Shown in pieces: positions 1 to 12,016 of a stretch of DNA of 64,000 nucleotides (within the stretch, counting starts at the first letter, position 1; every line of letters begins with the position of its first letter). Origin of the DNA: Haliotis rufescens (taxonomy: Eukaryota); NCBI RefSeq assembly GCF_023055435.1, contig NW_025964079.1, positions 434,001 to 498,000 on the forward strand. The letters run 5' to 3'. The notes beneath the pieces were generated by a model. The model worked only from the letters and a program-made list of their open reading frames with translations, did no database searches and was not told where the DNA came from. Both the position numbers and the translations under genes were made by a program.

Positions 1-919
1 GTTCTTGATTTTAGACATAAATGCGCATTTTAAAAATGCGAGTGCCCATACCCTTTCCTAAAAATTTATGCGCTGGATTTATGTTCGGTGTTATTTTAAT
101 AAATGTAACCACCGTAAATAAAAGCCTTACCTGAAAACGCTTCGTTTGTTTCAAATGACGTTTTGAGCAGGAACTGTGAGTAGACAGAGATAAATAAAAT
201 AACTGTGCACATTAAATCCCCTGTCCATGTTTTTTCAGTGTGAGATTCCTTCCTTATTTTAATATTATTTAAGCTAATTGCCCGTATGTTTGATGGCGAA
301 GCGTGAGAATGGTTTCCTTGCAACTATTGAAGGCCTAGCGTGAGAATGGTTTCCTTGCAGCTATCATTGTAATGTTTTAGTTGACAGTCTGTTGGTACTA
401 GTATATACGTTTGGCCCTTTGATGAAAAGAAGTAGAAAACAGATCAGTGTATCAAATAAGGGGATTATGCTGATAGGATATTCACTAGTATATAAGTAAT
501 TAGTGTCATGAAACCCCTTCATGCGCGTTGCCTCGTGTCTGCTCTTGACAAGCTTGTAATGTAAAGGACACTGATGGGATAATTCGTGGCTGGCGCCAAT
601 CTGGGCTGCTTGACAGGATGTGAACTGACCACTACTCAACTTCATTTTGTGTAGGTGACTTTGTAATTTTGTCTAGTGCTTTATTTATCTACTACCTTTG
701 TGACTGATTGATGTCAGTGGCTGCTATCAACTTGTAATAATCTGATATCATTGTTTTTGATGTAATACTAGTAACTAAATTGAAGTGATTTATTTGGTTT
801 GTTGATTGTTTCCTTATTTTGATGGTACAAAATTAATGCGCATAAAATTAATACGACCTTCGGTCTCTCGCTTTTTTCGCATTAATATTCTGCTCGCATT
901 AATTTCCTGTTTTACAGTA
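1..919. mobile_element. Probable non-autonomous DNA transposon/MITE; right end ...ATTAATTTCCTGTTTTACAG|TA, left end outside window
   Basis: Terminus CTGTTTTACAGTA with repeated CGCATTAA/TAATGCG sub-terminal motifs at 830-905, mirrored by AATGCG motifs at 20-75; internal 27-bp direct repeat at 301-364. Confidence 0.4.
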
Positions 920-1879
920 ATCCCGAAATTCACTAGTGTAAGCATGCAGACAAGGACTTTCAGTAACACAAATACAAAAGTCAACTTCACTTCAAAAAGG
1001 AAATAATTATTACACTTTTAAAACCAGCTTTAGACTCACATGTTAAACCTTTACAGTGTATTTGATGAATTCTATGGCAGATATTCACCGAGTCGGTATT
1101 TCTGCAAAATATTCCGAGACCACGGAATACGGCAGGGACTGGATAGAGTTGTTTCAACCAACAAACACGCACAAACGCACGCTGATACATTGTGATATAT
1201 CTCAATCATTCACTACAAGTCCAGGGATTAAACAAGGTGAAATATGCTTTCCTTGGTTGAATAAAAACTTCATGAATGAAGACAAATTTGGCATGTATTG
1301 TCTAAACAGTTGTAGCAGCATCCCGAGGGTACATGTGGTTTTATGCATCCCGTGTCAGGTGTTATACCAAGAGCCCGTGCTGGGGTACAAGGGATTTATT
1401 CTCCCGCTGAAAAATGTTTTTCCCTCTAAGGCGGGATACATAGTATTTTATAAAGATCACATGAACCAATGAGATCTCATACATGGAGGTATGATAATTA
1501 ATATTATCCCTGTACAATTGTTTGCATCCAGGACTCTAACAGGTGATTTTCTCCCACACTGACTCCAAACCCAAGAGCTCATCATTTTAGATGTTATTTT
1601 GTTTTCAACATTGGGATTTTAGGATGTCATTAAAAACTAACAACTGATACTAGCGATACAATGTAGTTATTAACACATACAATAAACGAAATAGCCATTT
1701 TTTCTTAAAAATATATTACAAATTGGGTGTGTACATTATTCTTAAGTGCATACTATGTATGCACAAGAAAATACAGTGCTTTTAGTTCTGCTGTAGAAAA
1801 ATATTGTAACTTTGATTGTTGTCTGATTTTAGAAGCTTAATATGTCTTCAAATCCAAGTAGGTTAACTTAAGCCAGGGC

Positions 1880-2580
1880 CCCATTCCACAGAGTGATCTT
1901 AGCACTAAGATGATTGTAGCTCCCATACTTTAACATAGACTTATGACAATTGTAGTGCTGAGATTATCAAAAGTCCCATACTTTAACATACACTTACGAC
2001 AATTGTAGTGCTAAGACAGTTGTAACTCTCTTATTTTAACATAAACTTACGATAATCGTAGGGCTAAAATTAGACGATTGTACCATTTTTATCCCCCGCC
2101 CCTACAAAGTTGGCGTGTGTGTGCATGTGTGCGTGTGTGCGTCCCGAAATCGTTTCCGGAGCATCACTCAGAAACCGTTAAATTTTTCTCTACGAAACTT
2201 TGCATGTCGATCAGAATCATGCTGAACTAGTGCCTTTTGCTATATACTGATATAGGAATTTTATAAATTTTTATTTTTTTACGTTTCCATGGCAACAAGT
2301 TGGACTTAGGTTCTATAAGGGTGCTGTTCGTTATATAATTTCTTACAAAACTTTGCATGTTTACCAGACACATACTGAACTCCTCCATTTGATATTAAGG
2401 AGTTTTATAAATGTTTATTTTAGAATTTCCATTGCAGCTATTTTGACATGGCCTAAGAGAAATGTTGGGTCCGTTACCCGGTTTGGGACCATAACGTGTT
2501 AAAATGGCGGGGAATATAGATGACTTCGTCGTCTATACGCTTGTTTAACATAGACCTGTGACAATTGTAGAGCCAAGATC
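1880..2580. repeat. Degenerate short tandem repeat (..CCCATACTTTAACATAGACTTATGACAATTGTAGTGCT..) interrupted by an element at 2086-2545
   Basis: About 3 imperfect copies at 1910-2080; the motif resumes at 2545 (TTAACATAGACCTGTGACAATTGTAG). Confidence 0.55.
2086..2545 (+). mobile_element. Helentron/HINE-like non-autonomous element
   Basis: T-run start, subterminal inverted repeats ATCCCCCGCC / GGCGGGGAAT, (GT/GC) microsatellite near 5' end, 3' hairpin then CTTGTT; related copy at 7907-8225. Confidence 0.5.
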
Positions 2581-2635
2581 CCATGTTCTTTTGTGTTCTC
2601 CAGTAAAATGTAATATCTGTTTTGTGTTGTTTCAG

Positions 2636-2715
2636 AAATTTACGTTGAACACAGAATATGTGTGCATCCCTGGGAGTCAGTCGGGCCTGAGTACAGGATC
2701 AATACTTGTTATTTT
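2636..2715 (+). CDS. Cation-dependent mannose-6-phosphate receptor/ATG27-like protein, coding exon n-2 (KFTLNTEYVCIPGSQSGLSTGSILVI)
   Basis: TTTCAG acceptor and GTAAGT donor; phase 2 joins the next exon; GLSxGSIL juxtamembrane motif of the CD-MPR family. Confidence 0.85.
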
Positions 2716-2743
2716 GTAAGTATGGCCAGGTGGCTGAGTGGAT

Positions 2744-3050
2744 TAGGCTACAAAAATATTCTTGGTTCTCAGGCACCGCCCGCATCATAAAGTTCGCCGC
2801 ACATTTTGTGTTAATTTCCATTTTTAAAAAAATCCTTAAATATTCCAAATCCAACGGTAGTCAAATACTATATTCCAGTATTTTACTCATCAAGGAATAC
2901 ATTTATGTAGTGAGGCCCTTTCCCAGGTTAAATGTAAACAACTGTTTTTTGCTTACACACTAGTCTGAACAACCAAAAAAAACATAGACACCGTCCGCCC
3001 ACACTTTAGGTTAAAAAAACATTTCCTGAGAACCAATTCCTGGTAGCAGC
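2744..3050. mobile_element. Short MITE-like element in intron
   Basis: Inverted repeats TTGGTTCTCAGG (~2763) / CCTGAGAACCAA (~3026). Confidence 0.4.
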
Positions 3051-3654
3051 TCTTTATTTTGTATCCTTTGTTACAATATCAGGTTGTGATGTTCTGCTTA
3101 AACTTTTCGAAAATGTCATGTTGGCAAATTTAATATGTCCTGTTTGCACTATTTCAAATCAGACATTTTACAGTCACATTCTGACAAGTCCGGTGCCCTG
3201 ACCGGTTTCCGGATCCCTGCCAAAATGTACTGGAATCTGTACATTACAAAGAAAGTGTTATCCCAAATATAACATGGTTTTTAACTTGGTGTTAAGAATA
3301 CAAGGAAGAAGTGGAAAAAATTTTAATATGGAATACAAATGAATCACAAATATGCCAAATTAGCAAAGCAAATTTGAATATCCAGACATAATCAATAAAA
3401 TATACCTAAAAGATATACCAGAAAAATCAAACATATCCTTTGCAAAAATGCAGTGTTAGAGAATCAGTCGCTTCACAGACTCATATTTGGTATGTTTCTC
3501 ACTAAGCGGTTTTGAGTGCAATATTGCTGAGTGTTGTGTTAAACAACAAACAAATCATCCTGAGCAGATCAGCTGTTAGTTGCAGGTTGTGGCAATAGGG
3601 CAGCAAGGTCAAGGTGCAAGGTCAATAATGAAATTTTCTTTTTTTATTTTGCAG

Positions 3655-3781
3655 ATTCTTTGTGCTTCTGGTGGTGTATTTGATAGCAGGAATCTTGTTC
3701 CTGAGGTTTATCCGAAAAGCAGAGGGATTAGAGTTGGTTCCGAATTATGATTTCTGGACTGCTATACCTTCCTTGATACGG
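3655..3781 (+). CDS. CD-MPR/ATG27-like protein, coding exon n-1 (TM helix and cytoplasmic ...AEGLELVPNYDFWTAIPSLIR)
   Basis: Long polypyrimidine tract + GCAG acceptor, GTAAG donor, consistent phases; GxExxPNxxFW motif typical of M6PR/ATG27 tails. Confidence 0.88.
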
Positions 3782-4067
3782 GTAAGACTGAACTTCTTGG
3801 ACAGAGCTTGTAGTATATAAGTAGCCTATATTCCAGGTGCATGACAGACATGTTTTCTTGTGGATATTACAGATTTTTTTGTACATGAAACAGCAGTGTA
3901 GAAGGGGCATTTTATCAAAACGTTTGATGTTTGAAATTTGTTTCTTGACTACCAAAGCTCCATCTTTGAAAACAACTTTAACTTGTGCATGGTTTTCATA
4001 AGCAATGATAAGTTCCCCTAGGTGCTTGTTACGATGAGTATGGTGTCTGAGTACGCTGTCTTTGGTG

Positions 4068-4279
4068 GAGTGAGTGAGTGAGTTGGGTTTAACGCCGCTT
4101 TTGACAGTATTCCAGTTATATCACAGCGTGTCAGCTTAATGTGGGAGGAAAGCCCGAAGTTATGCAGGTCTTAGACGTTTACCACTTTGGTGAAACCCAC
4201 GAGCACGGGTAGGGTGCTGACAAACCTAGAAACATAATCGGGGCGAACCGGGGTTCGAACCCACAATCATAGGTTTCTG
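4068..4279 (-). mobile_element. tRNA-derived SINE family 1, 5'-truncated copy
   Basis: Reverse complement of 4383-4591; B-box GGTTCGAACCC and (ACTC)n tail. Confidence 0.8.
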
Positions 4280-4311
4280 AATTGAAAACAGCTCAAGTTC
4301 AGACACCATAC

Positions 4312-4591
4312 GGGGGCACGGGTGGCACAGTTTTCTAAGGCGACGCGATTCGCTGTGCAGAGTTGCGTCCCTTGGGCACGCCCGAAACCTATGATTGTGG
4401 GTTCAAATCCTGATTCGTACCGATTATGTTTCTAGGTTTGTCAACAACATACCTGTGCTCATCGGTTTCACCAAAGTGGTAAACGTCTGAGACCTGCTTT
4501 ACTTCAGGCTTTCCTCCCACATTAAGCTGACACGCCGAGATATAACTGGTAAACTGTTAAAGGCGGCGTTAAACCCAACTCACTCACTCAC
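4312..4591 (+). mobile_element. tRNA-derived SINE family 1, full-length copy
   Basis: GGGGGCACGGGTGGCACAG head, B-box GGTTCAAATCC, (ACTC)n tail; further copies at 5241 and 9641. Confidence 0.8.
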
Positions 4592-4828
4592 AAAAAATGT
4601 TATGGCTTTGTTGTGGTAACTTGTATTTCACTAATAACCTAACCAATATAGGAGAAGAGCATTCATGGTTAGTATTACATTTTCAAATTACCTCAGTATT
4701 TAGGGAAATAAGATCTTTCAGAAATAATCCCAATTTTGAACAAAGTAATGATTTTTCCCCCAGTTCCCCCAATTTGACTGCTAAGGTGGCATTAAACCAA
4801 CTCATCCGCTGTTTTCTCTATTTTGCAG

Positions 4829-4888
4829 GATGGAATTTATTTCACTCTCCGAGGATTCAAGACTGAATCAACATATCAGAAGATTTGA
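4829..4888 (+). CDS. CD-MPR/ATG27-like protein, last coding exon (DGIYFTLRGFKTESTYQKI*)
   Basis: TTTTGCAG acceptor, in phase; continues the LxxDG motif and ends in a YxxPhi sorting signal (YQKI) then TGA. Confidence 0.85.
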   Translation, partial: DGIYFTLRGFKTESTYQKI

Positions 4889-5240
4889 TAGTCTCTTCAT
4901 GTTTCTTGTTATTTGTGTGTGAGAGGAACTCAGGTTTTCACTGGTGTCACTGGTGCATAGTGCATAGTTCATAATATCAAAATCTCATGTGTGAAATCGA
5001 ACTTATTTATGCATACGTAGTTTTCTAGACATATTCCAGAATGTATATATTTTTGAAATAATAGATGATAGCTATGTGTAATATATTTTCAAGAAGATAT
5101 GTTTTGAATAATTCCATGCAAAGATTTCTTCAACATGATATTTTCCATCTATTGCTTTGTGTCGGTTTGAATCGTCAGTTGGTTGTGACAAGCAGAAAGT
5201 CTGCTAAAGAAACCGCTAGGTGGATACTTCCAATAACAGA

Positions 5241-5504
5241 GGGGCACAGGTGGCCCAGTTGTCTTAGGTGCTGCAATTCACTGTGCAGAGTTGTGTCCCT
5301 TGGACATGAATGATCATGGGGTTGAGTCTTGGTTCTGCCCTATGATGTTTCTAGGTTTGTCAGCACTATACCCGTGCTTGTGGGTTTCACCGAAGTGGTA
5401 AACGTCTGAGACCTGCATCACTTCAGGCTTTCCTCCCACATTAAGCTGACATCCCGTGATATAACTGGAATACTATTAAAAGTGGCATAAAGCCCAGCTC
5501 ACTC
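5241..5504 (+). mobile_element. tRNA-derived SINE family 1 copy
   Basis: Aligns along its length with 4312-4591. Confidence 0.75.
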
Positions 5505-5577
5505 CACCAAAAGTTACGGAACTTTTGCTATGATCTTATTTAGCAGTGGTCTAAAGTTGTCTAGTTGTTGCAGTTGG

Positions 5578-5748
5578 AGTGAGTGAGTGAGTGTGTATGG
5601 TTTTTACGCTGCTTTTAGCAATATTCCAGCAATATCAGCGCGGGGACACCAGAAATCGGCTTCACACATTGTACCCATGTTGGGAATCGAACCCGGGTCT
5701 TCGGCATGACGAGCGAATGCTTTAACCACTAGGCTACCCAACCGTCCC
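5578..5748 (-). mobile_element. tRNA-derived SINE family 2
   Basis: Minus strand reads GGGACGGTTGGGTAGCCTAGTGGTTAAAGC...GGTTCGATTCCC (A/B boxes), short body, (ACTC)n tail. Confidence 0.8.
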
Positions 5749-5945
5749 TGTTGCTGTTGGAGATGGAGGAGTTGGAGATAAGGGTGCATGGGCAATGTAT
5801 CTCTTTGAATGTTTGATAAGAAAGATTTAACACAAACTTTCTACCGTGACGTTCTTCAATTATGATATATATCCAACCTGCTTTTGTATGTTCTGTAAGA
5901 TAAGACTGTGTTGAATGATGTATGAGAGATTCAGCTTCTTTTTGT

Positions 5946-7520
5946 TAGATCTGAAGTAGATGTGGATCCACATGTATGTAATTCCTGCCACTGTTTGCCC
6001 ACTAGGGGATACCAAGTTTTGGCTATTAGATCTGAAGTAGGCGTGAATCCACATGTATCTTGGCCCTGCCACTGTCTGCCCAGAGGTTCCAAGTTTTGAC
6101 TTTTAGATCTGAAGTAGATGTGAATCCATATGTATCTCGGTCCCAAGTTTTGGCTATTAGATCTCAAGTAGATGTGAATCCATATGTATCTAGGCCCTGC
6201 CACTGTCTGCCAAGAGGTTCCAAGTTTTGACTTTTAGATCCGAAATAGACGTTATTCCATATGTATCTAGGTCCTGCCACTATATGCACAGAGGCTCCAA
6301 GTTTTGACTCTTAGATCTCAAGTAGACGTTATTCCATATGTTTCTAGGTCCTGCCACTGTCTGCCCAGAGGTTCCAAGTTTTGACTTTTAGATCTCAAGT
6401 AGATGTGAATCCATATGTATCCAGGCCATGCCACTGTATGCACAGAGGCTCCAAGTTTTGCCAATTAGATCTCAAGTAGATGTGAATCCATATGTATCTA
6501 GGTCCTGCCACTGTCTGCCCAGAGGTTCCAAGTTTTGGCTATTAGATCTGAAGTAGACGTTATTCCATATGTATCTAGGTCCTGCCACTATATGCACAGA
6601 GGTTCCAAGTTTTGGCTCTTAGATCTGAAGTAGACGTTATTCCATATGTATCTAGGTCCTGCCACTATATGCCCAGAGGTTCCAAGTTTTGGCTATTAGA
6701 TCTGAAGTATACGTTATTCCATATGTATCTAGGTCCTGCCACTATATGCACAGAGGTTCCAAGTTTTTACTCTTAGATCTCAAGTAGACGTTATTCCATA
6801 TGTATCTAGGTCCTGCCACTATATGCACAGAGGTTCCAAGTTTTGACTCTTAGATCTCAAGTAGGTGTGAATCCATATGTATCTAGGTCCTGCCACTGTC
6901 TGCCCAGAGGTTCCAAGTTTTGACTTTTAGATCTGAAGTAGATGTGAATCCATATGTATCTAGGTCCTGCCACTATATGCACAGAGGCTCCAAGTTTTTA
7001 CTCTTAGATCTCAAGTAGATGTGAATCCACATGTATCTAGGTCCTGCCACTTTCTGCCCAGAGGTTCCAAGTTTTGACTCTTAGATCTCAAGTAGGTGTA
7101 AATCCATATGTATCTAGGTCCTGCCACTGTATGCACAGAGGCTCCAAGCTTGACTTTTAGGTCTCAAGTAAATGTGAATCCATATGTATCTAGGTCCTGC
7201 CACTGTCTGCCCAGAGGTTCCAAGTTTTGACTTTTAGATCTCATGTAGATGTGAATCCATATGTATCTAGGTCCTGCCACTATATGCACAGAGGTTCCAA
7301 GTTTTGACTTTTAGATCTGAAGTAGGTGTGAATCCACATGTATCTAGGTCCTGCCACTGTCTGTACAGAGGTTCCAAGTTTTGACTCTTAGATCTCAAGT
7401 AGGTGTGAATCCATATGTATTTAGGTCCTGCCACTGTCTGCCCAGAGGCTGCAAGCTTTGACTTTTAGATCTGAAGTAGATGTGAATCCATATGTATCTA
7501 ATTCCTGCCACTGTCCTTCC
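5946..7520. repeat. Satellite, 77-bp unit, ~20 copies
   Basis: TAGATC anchors at 6389, 6466, 6543, 6620 etc.; consensus TAGATCTCAAGTAGATGTGAATCCATATGTATCTAGGTCCTGCCACTGTCTGCCCAGAGGTTCCAAGTTTTGACTTT. Confidence 0.95.
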
Positions 7521-7906
7521 AATAGGAGATTCAAAGTTTAAGCTTTTACATCCTAAGTAGTAAACTGACACACTAAAATTGCATATTTGATTTTTTGTAA
7601 TATTTTGCAAAATGGCCACAAAAATCAATTGAAATTGCTCAGAGCATTTGGGCATGAGATAATCAACACAATGTCATCGTTGGGGTTCAAGTCTCATTTG
7701 ATGTGTTTCGATATAGACACAGAAAAACACAGCTTGTCTGATGCTTCAAATTTTGATTGTGTGTTTTTCTGTGTGCCAGTATATGAAACTCCTGCCATGG
7801 TCTGCCCAGATATTTCAAGTTTTGGCAGTTAGATCTGAAGTGTATGTGGATCCACGTGTCTCCCTACGTCCTGCTACTTTCTAATAACAAGTTACAGCTT
7901 TCTGAT

Positions 7907-8225
7907 TTATTATTATCCCCCGTTACGAAGTGGAAGGCGGATATAGGAATGGTAGCTGTCCATCCATCCATGACGTTTTGTTTCTGGAGCCGAACTAAAA
8001 AACCATGAAGGATATCTTAACCAAACTTGTCACATAGATAGGTCTAGTGGTGAACTGGTGCCTTTTGATAGTTTGGGATTTTTAAAAAAGATTCTTTTTA
8101 AGTTTCCATAGTCACGACTTGGACTTAGACTGAAAGTGGTGGTAGTGCCCGTTTCTGGAGGACTGATGCCTTGCACACAACCAGTCATGTCATATTGGCG
8201 GGGGATATGAGTATTTCATGCTTAT
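7907..8225 (+). mobile_element. Helentron/HINE-like non-autonomous element
   Basis: TTATCCCCCG / CGGGGGATA subterminal inverted repeats, (TCCA)n microsatellite, internal similarity to 2086-2545. Confidence 0.5.
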
Positions 8226-8909
8226 TATATGTTAATTGAATACTATTACTCATTCTTATTTCCCTTCCATGGATTTGTCCCTACTTTATGAGTGTTATCC
8301 TGAACCCAAAGTGTTTAAGCAAAGTGTGAAAGGTAAAATATACTGTAAGTCATGAAATTAATGCAAGCCTTACTTAATGCAAAATACATAATAACAAATC
8401 TCATAATAAACAATGTAATTGGCGCTAGATTAAGACAGTGCTTCTTACCATGTTCATTGTCAAGTGTGGTCAACTTGTTTACACATGTTGATCAAACAGT
8501 TATGACTGTCGCAAACCAGGTAGGACAGCATCTTTGTTCTTGGTAAGCTTGTCAAATAATCTTACATAGTGATAATGTCCAGTACAGTTACAGCAGCCGG
8601 TAAAGCATTTCGCAAACTGTTTTAACAAGCTTTGTCAGTGATCCGAGCTATCTCTTTTGAATATGCGTTGTCTGAAATTTCCTGTTTTTGAGTTCCTGAA
8701 AGTTTTATCACATGTAAAGCAGTTAAGTTAAGTTGTGAGATAACAACATATCATCCCACACTATATGATTGAATTCCATGTCTACAACCTTTATCTTATT
8801 GTTTGCTGATTAACTTTTGAAGGGTACTCACATTAATCTGGTGAAATTAACTTCATGATTTACAGTACATTTATTTTTGTCAAGGAAAGAATGATGGATA
8901 TATTTATTT

Positions 8910-9110
8910 TGTTTGTTGTTTAACAACACACTCTGCAACAGTCCAGCTTATAACAGCGGTTTGTAAATAATTGAGTGGATCAGACGACCCTCTGGTAGAC
9001 ATCATGAGCATCAGCCTTTGCATTTTGATATGATGACCTGCATCAATGAGTCAACAAGCCTGACCACCCGATCCCGTTAGTCTCCTAATTTTAATCTGGA
9101 TCTTCACAGG
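8910..9110 (-). mobile_element. SINE family 3 fragment
   Basis: Reverse complement of the 11778-12016 body (CCTGACCACCCGATCCCGTTAGTC). Confidence 0.6.
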
Positions 9111-9640
9111 TTGAAGGACATATACTGCCCCAAGTTTGGCCTGTTAGATCTAAAGATGTGGAACCCAAGTTAACTTCATTTTGCTTCTGTACACTCTTGC
9201 TATTCATGCAATAACTAACATGGTAGAAGGTAATATATTGTCATGGAGATGTACATTGCAAGCATTGCATTTGATTGGCATTTCTTTCATTTTGTTTCCA
9301 TAAACCAAAGAAAATATGCCATGCCCAAAAGAAGACTACGGTTTTGTGATTGGCTGATAATAGAATGGGAGGGGCTTAAAATGCATTATTGTGCTGAATG
9401 ATGTCACTCCTTTCATACTGTTCACAGTTTTTTGTGTAAATGATTACATGAGAAAGACGTCTGTAAATTTATTATTGGTGGTGTATTCATTTATAAGAAT
9501 TGTCTTCCATGTTTTTTGCATTGTGGATTTACATAGTATGCACACCAGTTTTTACGTTTTTACATACATAAGCGCTATTGATACCGAAGTCACTTCTTTA
9601 TTTATTTAATACTATTTGTTAGGCTAATGGTAATTTTGTC

Positions 9641-9896
9641 TTAGGCGCCACGATTCACTGTGCAGAGTCACGTCCCCTGGGCACGCCAGAAACCTATGAT
9701 TGCTGGTTCGAATCCCGGTTTGCCCCGATTATCTTTCTGGGTTTGTCATCACCATACCTGTGCTCGTGGGTTTCACCAAAGTGGTAAACGTCTGAGAGCT
9801 GCATCACTTCAGGCTTTCCTCCCACATTAAGCTGACATGCCGAGATATAACTGGAATACTGTTAAAAGCGGCGTTAAACCCAACTCACTCACTCTC
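9641..9896 (+). mobile_element. tRNA-derived SINE family 1 copy
   Basis: Aligns with 4335-4591; GGTTCGAATCC B-box; (ACTC)n tail. Confidence 0.8.
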
Positions 9897-10427
9897 ATGG
9901 TAATTTCCATTTCATTGTTTACTCCATGCTCTGTGAATGTTATCCTATCCAAAAGCTATATATTTATACATGTTTATGCCAAGTGTGTAATTCCTGTTTT
10001 AAGATCTAAAAAAATATGTAAACATTGTTGTTTGTCAGAGAAAGAATGAAGGCTATATACTTGTATACTGAAATTTTTGTGTGAATTTAGTAAGTATTTG
10101 TGGTTGTTTGAAGTTCATCGTGTGTTGTAGCTCGAGGCCATATAACGTGCCTCTGTGCCACTTGCTCATGTCATGTCCCAAGGATGAACCAGTTTGTGTG
10201 AAGCAATACATTAAGAATTTTTGTTTATTTAAATATATTGAGTTTGTTAATCATGTAATAATGATGACGGTTATTTGTTTCTGTTGTGAATGATAGGTTG
10301 ATTGTAGGTTATTACCATATATAACACTTTGCAAATAAGATTTCAGAAATAAAATTCCTAACTTTTATAACTGATAAGTCTTTGTCTTATTACTACCATA
10401 CAGTCAGTTTATCACTGTATTAATTAG

Positions 10428-11770
10428 ATGGTGTAGCTTCCAGAAAGGGGTTGAATATTGTATAATTGAGCTGTTTACCACATGTTGTAGCTTTCAGAAA
10501 GGGGTTAATTATTGTGCAGTTGAGCTGTTTACCACGTGGTGTAGCTTCCAGAAAGGGGTTGAATATTGTATAATTGAGCTGTTTACCACGTGTTGTAGCT
10601 TTCAGAAAGGGGTTGAATATTGTGCAGTTGAGCTGTTTACCACGTGTCATAGCTTTCAGAAAGGGATTGAATATTGTGCAGTTCAGCTGTTTATCAGGTG
10701 GTGTAGCATTCAGAAAGGGTTGAATATTGTCCAGTTCTGCTATTTACCACGTGGTGTAGTTTCCAGAAAGGGGTTGAATATTGTTTAATTGAGTTGTTTA
10801 CCACATGGTGTAGCTTTCAGAAAGGGGTTGAATATTGTGCATTTGCGGTGTTTACCACGTGTTGTAGCTTTCAGAAAGGGGTTGAATATTGTGCAGTTGA
10901 GCTGTTTACCATGTTTTGTAGCTTTCAGAAAGGGATTGAATATTGTGCAGTTCTGCTATTTACCATGTGGTGTAGTTTCCAGAAAGGGGTTGAATATTGT
11001 GCATTTGCGGTGTTTACCACGTCTTGTAGCTTTCAGAAAGGGGTTGAATATTGTGAAGTTCAGCTGTTTTTCAGGTTGTGTAGCTTTCAGAAAGGAGTTG
11101 AATATTGTCCAGTTCTGCTTTTTACCACGTGGTGTAGTTTCCAGAAAGGTGTTGAATATTGTGCAGTTGAGCTATTTACCAGTTAGTGAAGCTTTCAGAA
11201 AGGGGTTGAATATTGTGCAGTTGAGCTATTTACCAGGTGGTGTAGCGTCCAGCGAGGGGTTGAATATTGTGCAGTTCAGCTGTTTACCAGTTAGTGAAGC
11301 TTTCGGAAAGGGGTTGAATATTGTGTAGTTGGGCTGTTTACAAGGTGGTGTAGCGTCCAGAGAGGGGTTGAATATTGTGCAGTTCAGCTGTTTACCACGT
11401 GTAGCTTCCAGAAAGGAGTTGAATATTGTGCATTTGAGCTATTTACCAGGTGGTGTGGCTTACAGGAAGAGGGTGAATATTGTGTAGTGAGTGAGTATTG
11501 ATTTGCTCTACTTTTAGCAGCATTCCTGCAATATCACGACGGGGAACACCAGAAATGGGCTTCACTCATCATACCCATGTGGAAATTGAACCCAGGTCTT
11601 TTGTGTGACGAGCGATCGCTTTAATCACTATTCTACCCCACCGCCCCCTGTAAAGTTGAGCTCTGTACACGGGTGGTATCACTGCCAGAAAGGTGTTAAA
11701 TATTATGAAGTTGAGCACTGTTGACCAGGTGGTGTAGCTCCAAGAAAGGGGTTGAATATGGTGTAGCTGA
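10428..11770. repeat. Satellite, 54-bp unit, ~20 copies, interrupted by a SINE
   Basis: Consensus GTAGCTTTCAGAAAGGGGTTGAATATTGTGCAGTTGAGCTGTTTACCACGTGGT; degenerate copies resume after 11648. Confidence 0.95.
11488..11648 (-). mobile_element. tRNA-derived SINE family 2 inserted in the 54-bp satellite
   Basis: Aligns with 5578-5748. Confidence 0.75.
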
Positions 11771-11777
11771 AGATCAA

Positions 11778-12016
11778 TGAAGATCCGGATAAGAATAGGT
11801 CTTAAGCAACCCTTGCTTGCTGTAAAAGGCTACTATACTATCCTAAGAGGCGACTAACGGGATCGGTTGGTCAGGCTTGCTGACTTGGTTGATGCATGTC
11901 ATCGTATCCCAATTTTGCCAAGTTCGATGCTCATGATGTCAATCACTGGATTGTCTGGACCAGTCTCGGTTATTTACAGGCCGCCGTCATAAAGTTATAT
12001 TGCTGTGTTCGGCGTA
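11778..12016 (+). mobile_element. SINE family 3 (central AAGAGGCGACTAA motif, recalled as Meta/MESC-domain-like; tentative)
   Basis: Dispersed copies at 8910, 15000, 23590, 35525, 46085, 60780. Confidence 0.55.

Noticed and set aside
1056-1472. 138-aa ORF
   Set aside because: No recognisable motif; probably intronic in the M6PR-like gene
5670-5748. tRNA gene
   Set aside because: The tRNA-like head is followed by a SINE body and (ACTC)n tail and occurs in several degenerate dispersed copies
5860-7655. ORFs in the 77-bp repeat, or a CRISPR-like array
   Set aside because: Contiguous tandem monomers with no unique spacers; eukaryotic context; no cas genes
10420-11328. 179-aa, 130-aa and 76-aa repetitive ORFs
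   Set aside because: Products of a 54-bp (18-codon) satellite that is open in several frames and on both strands; other units contain stops and indels
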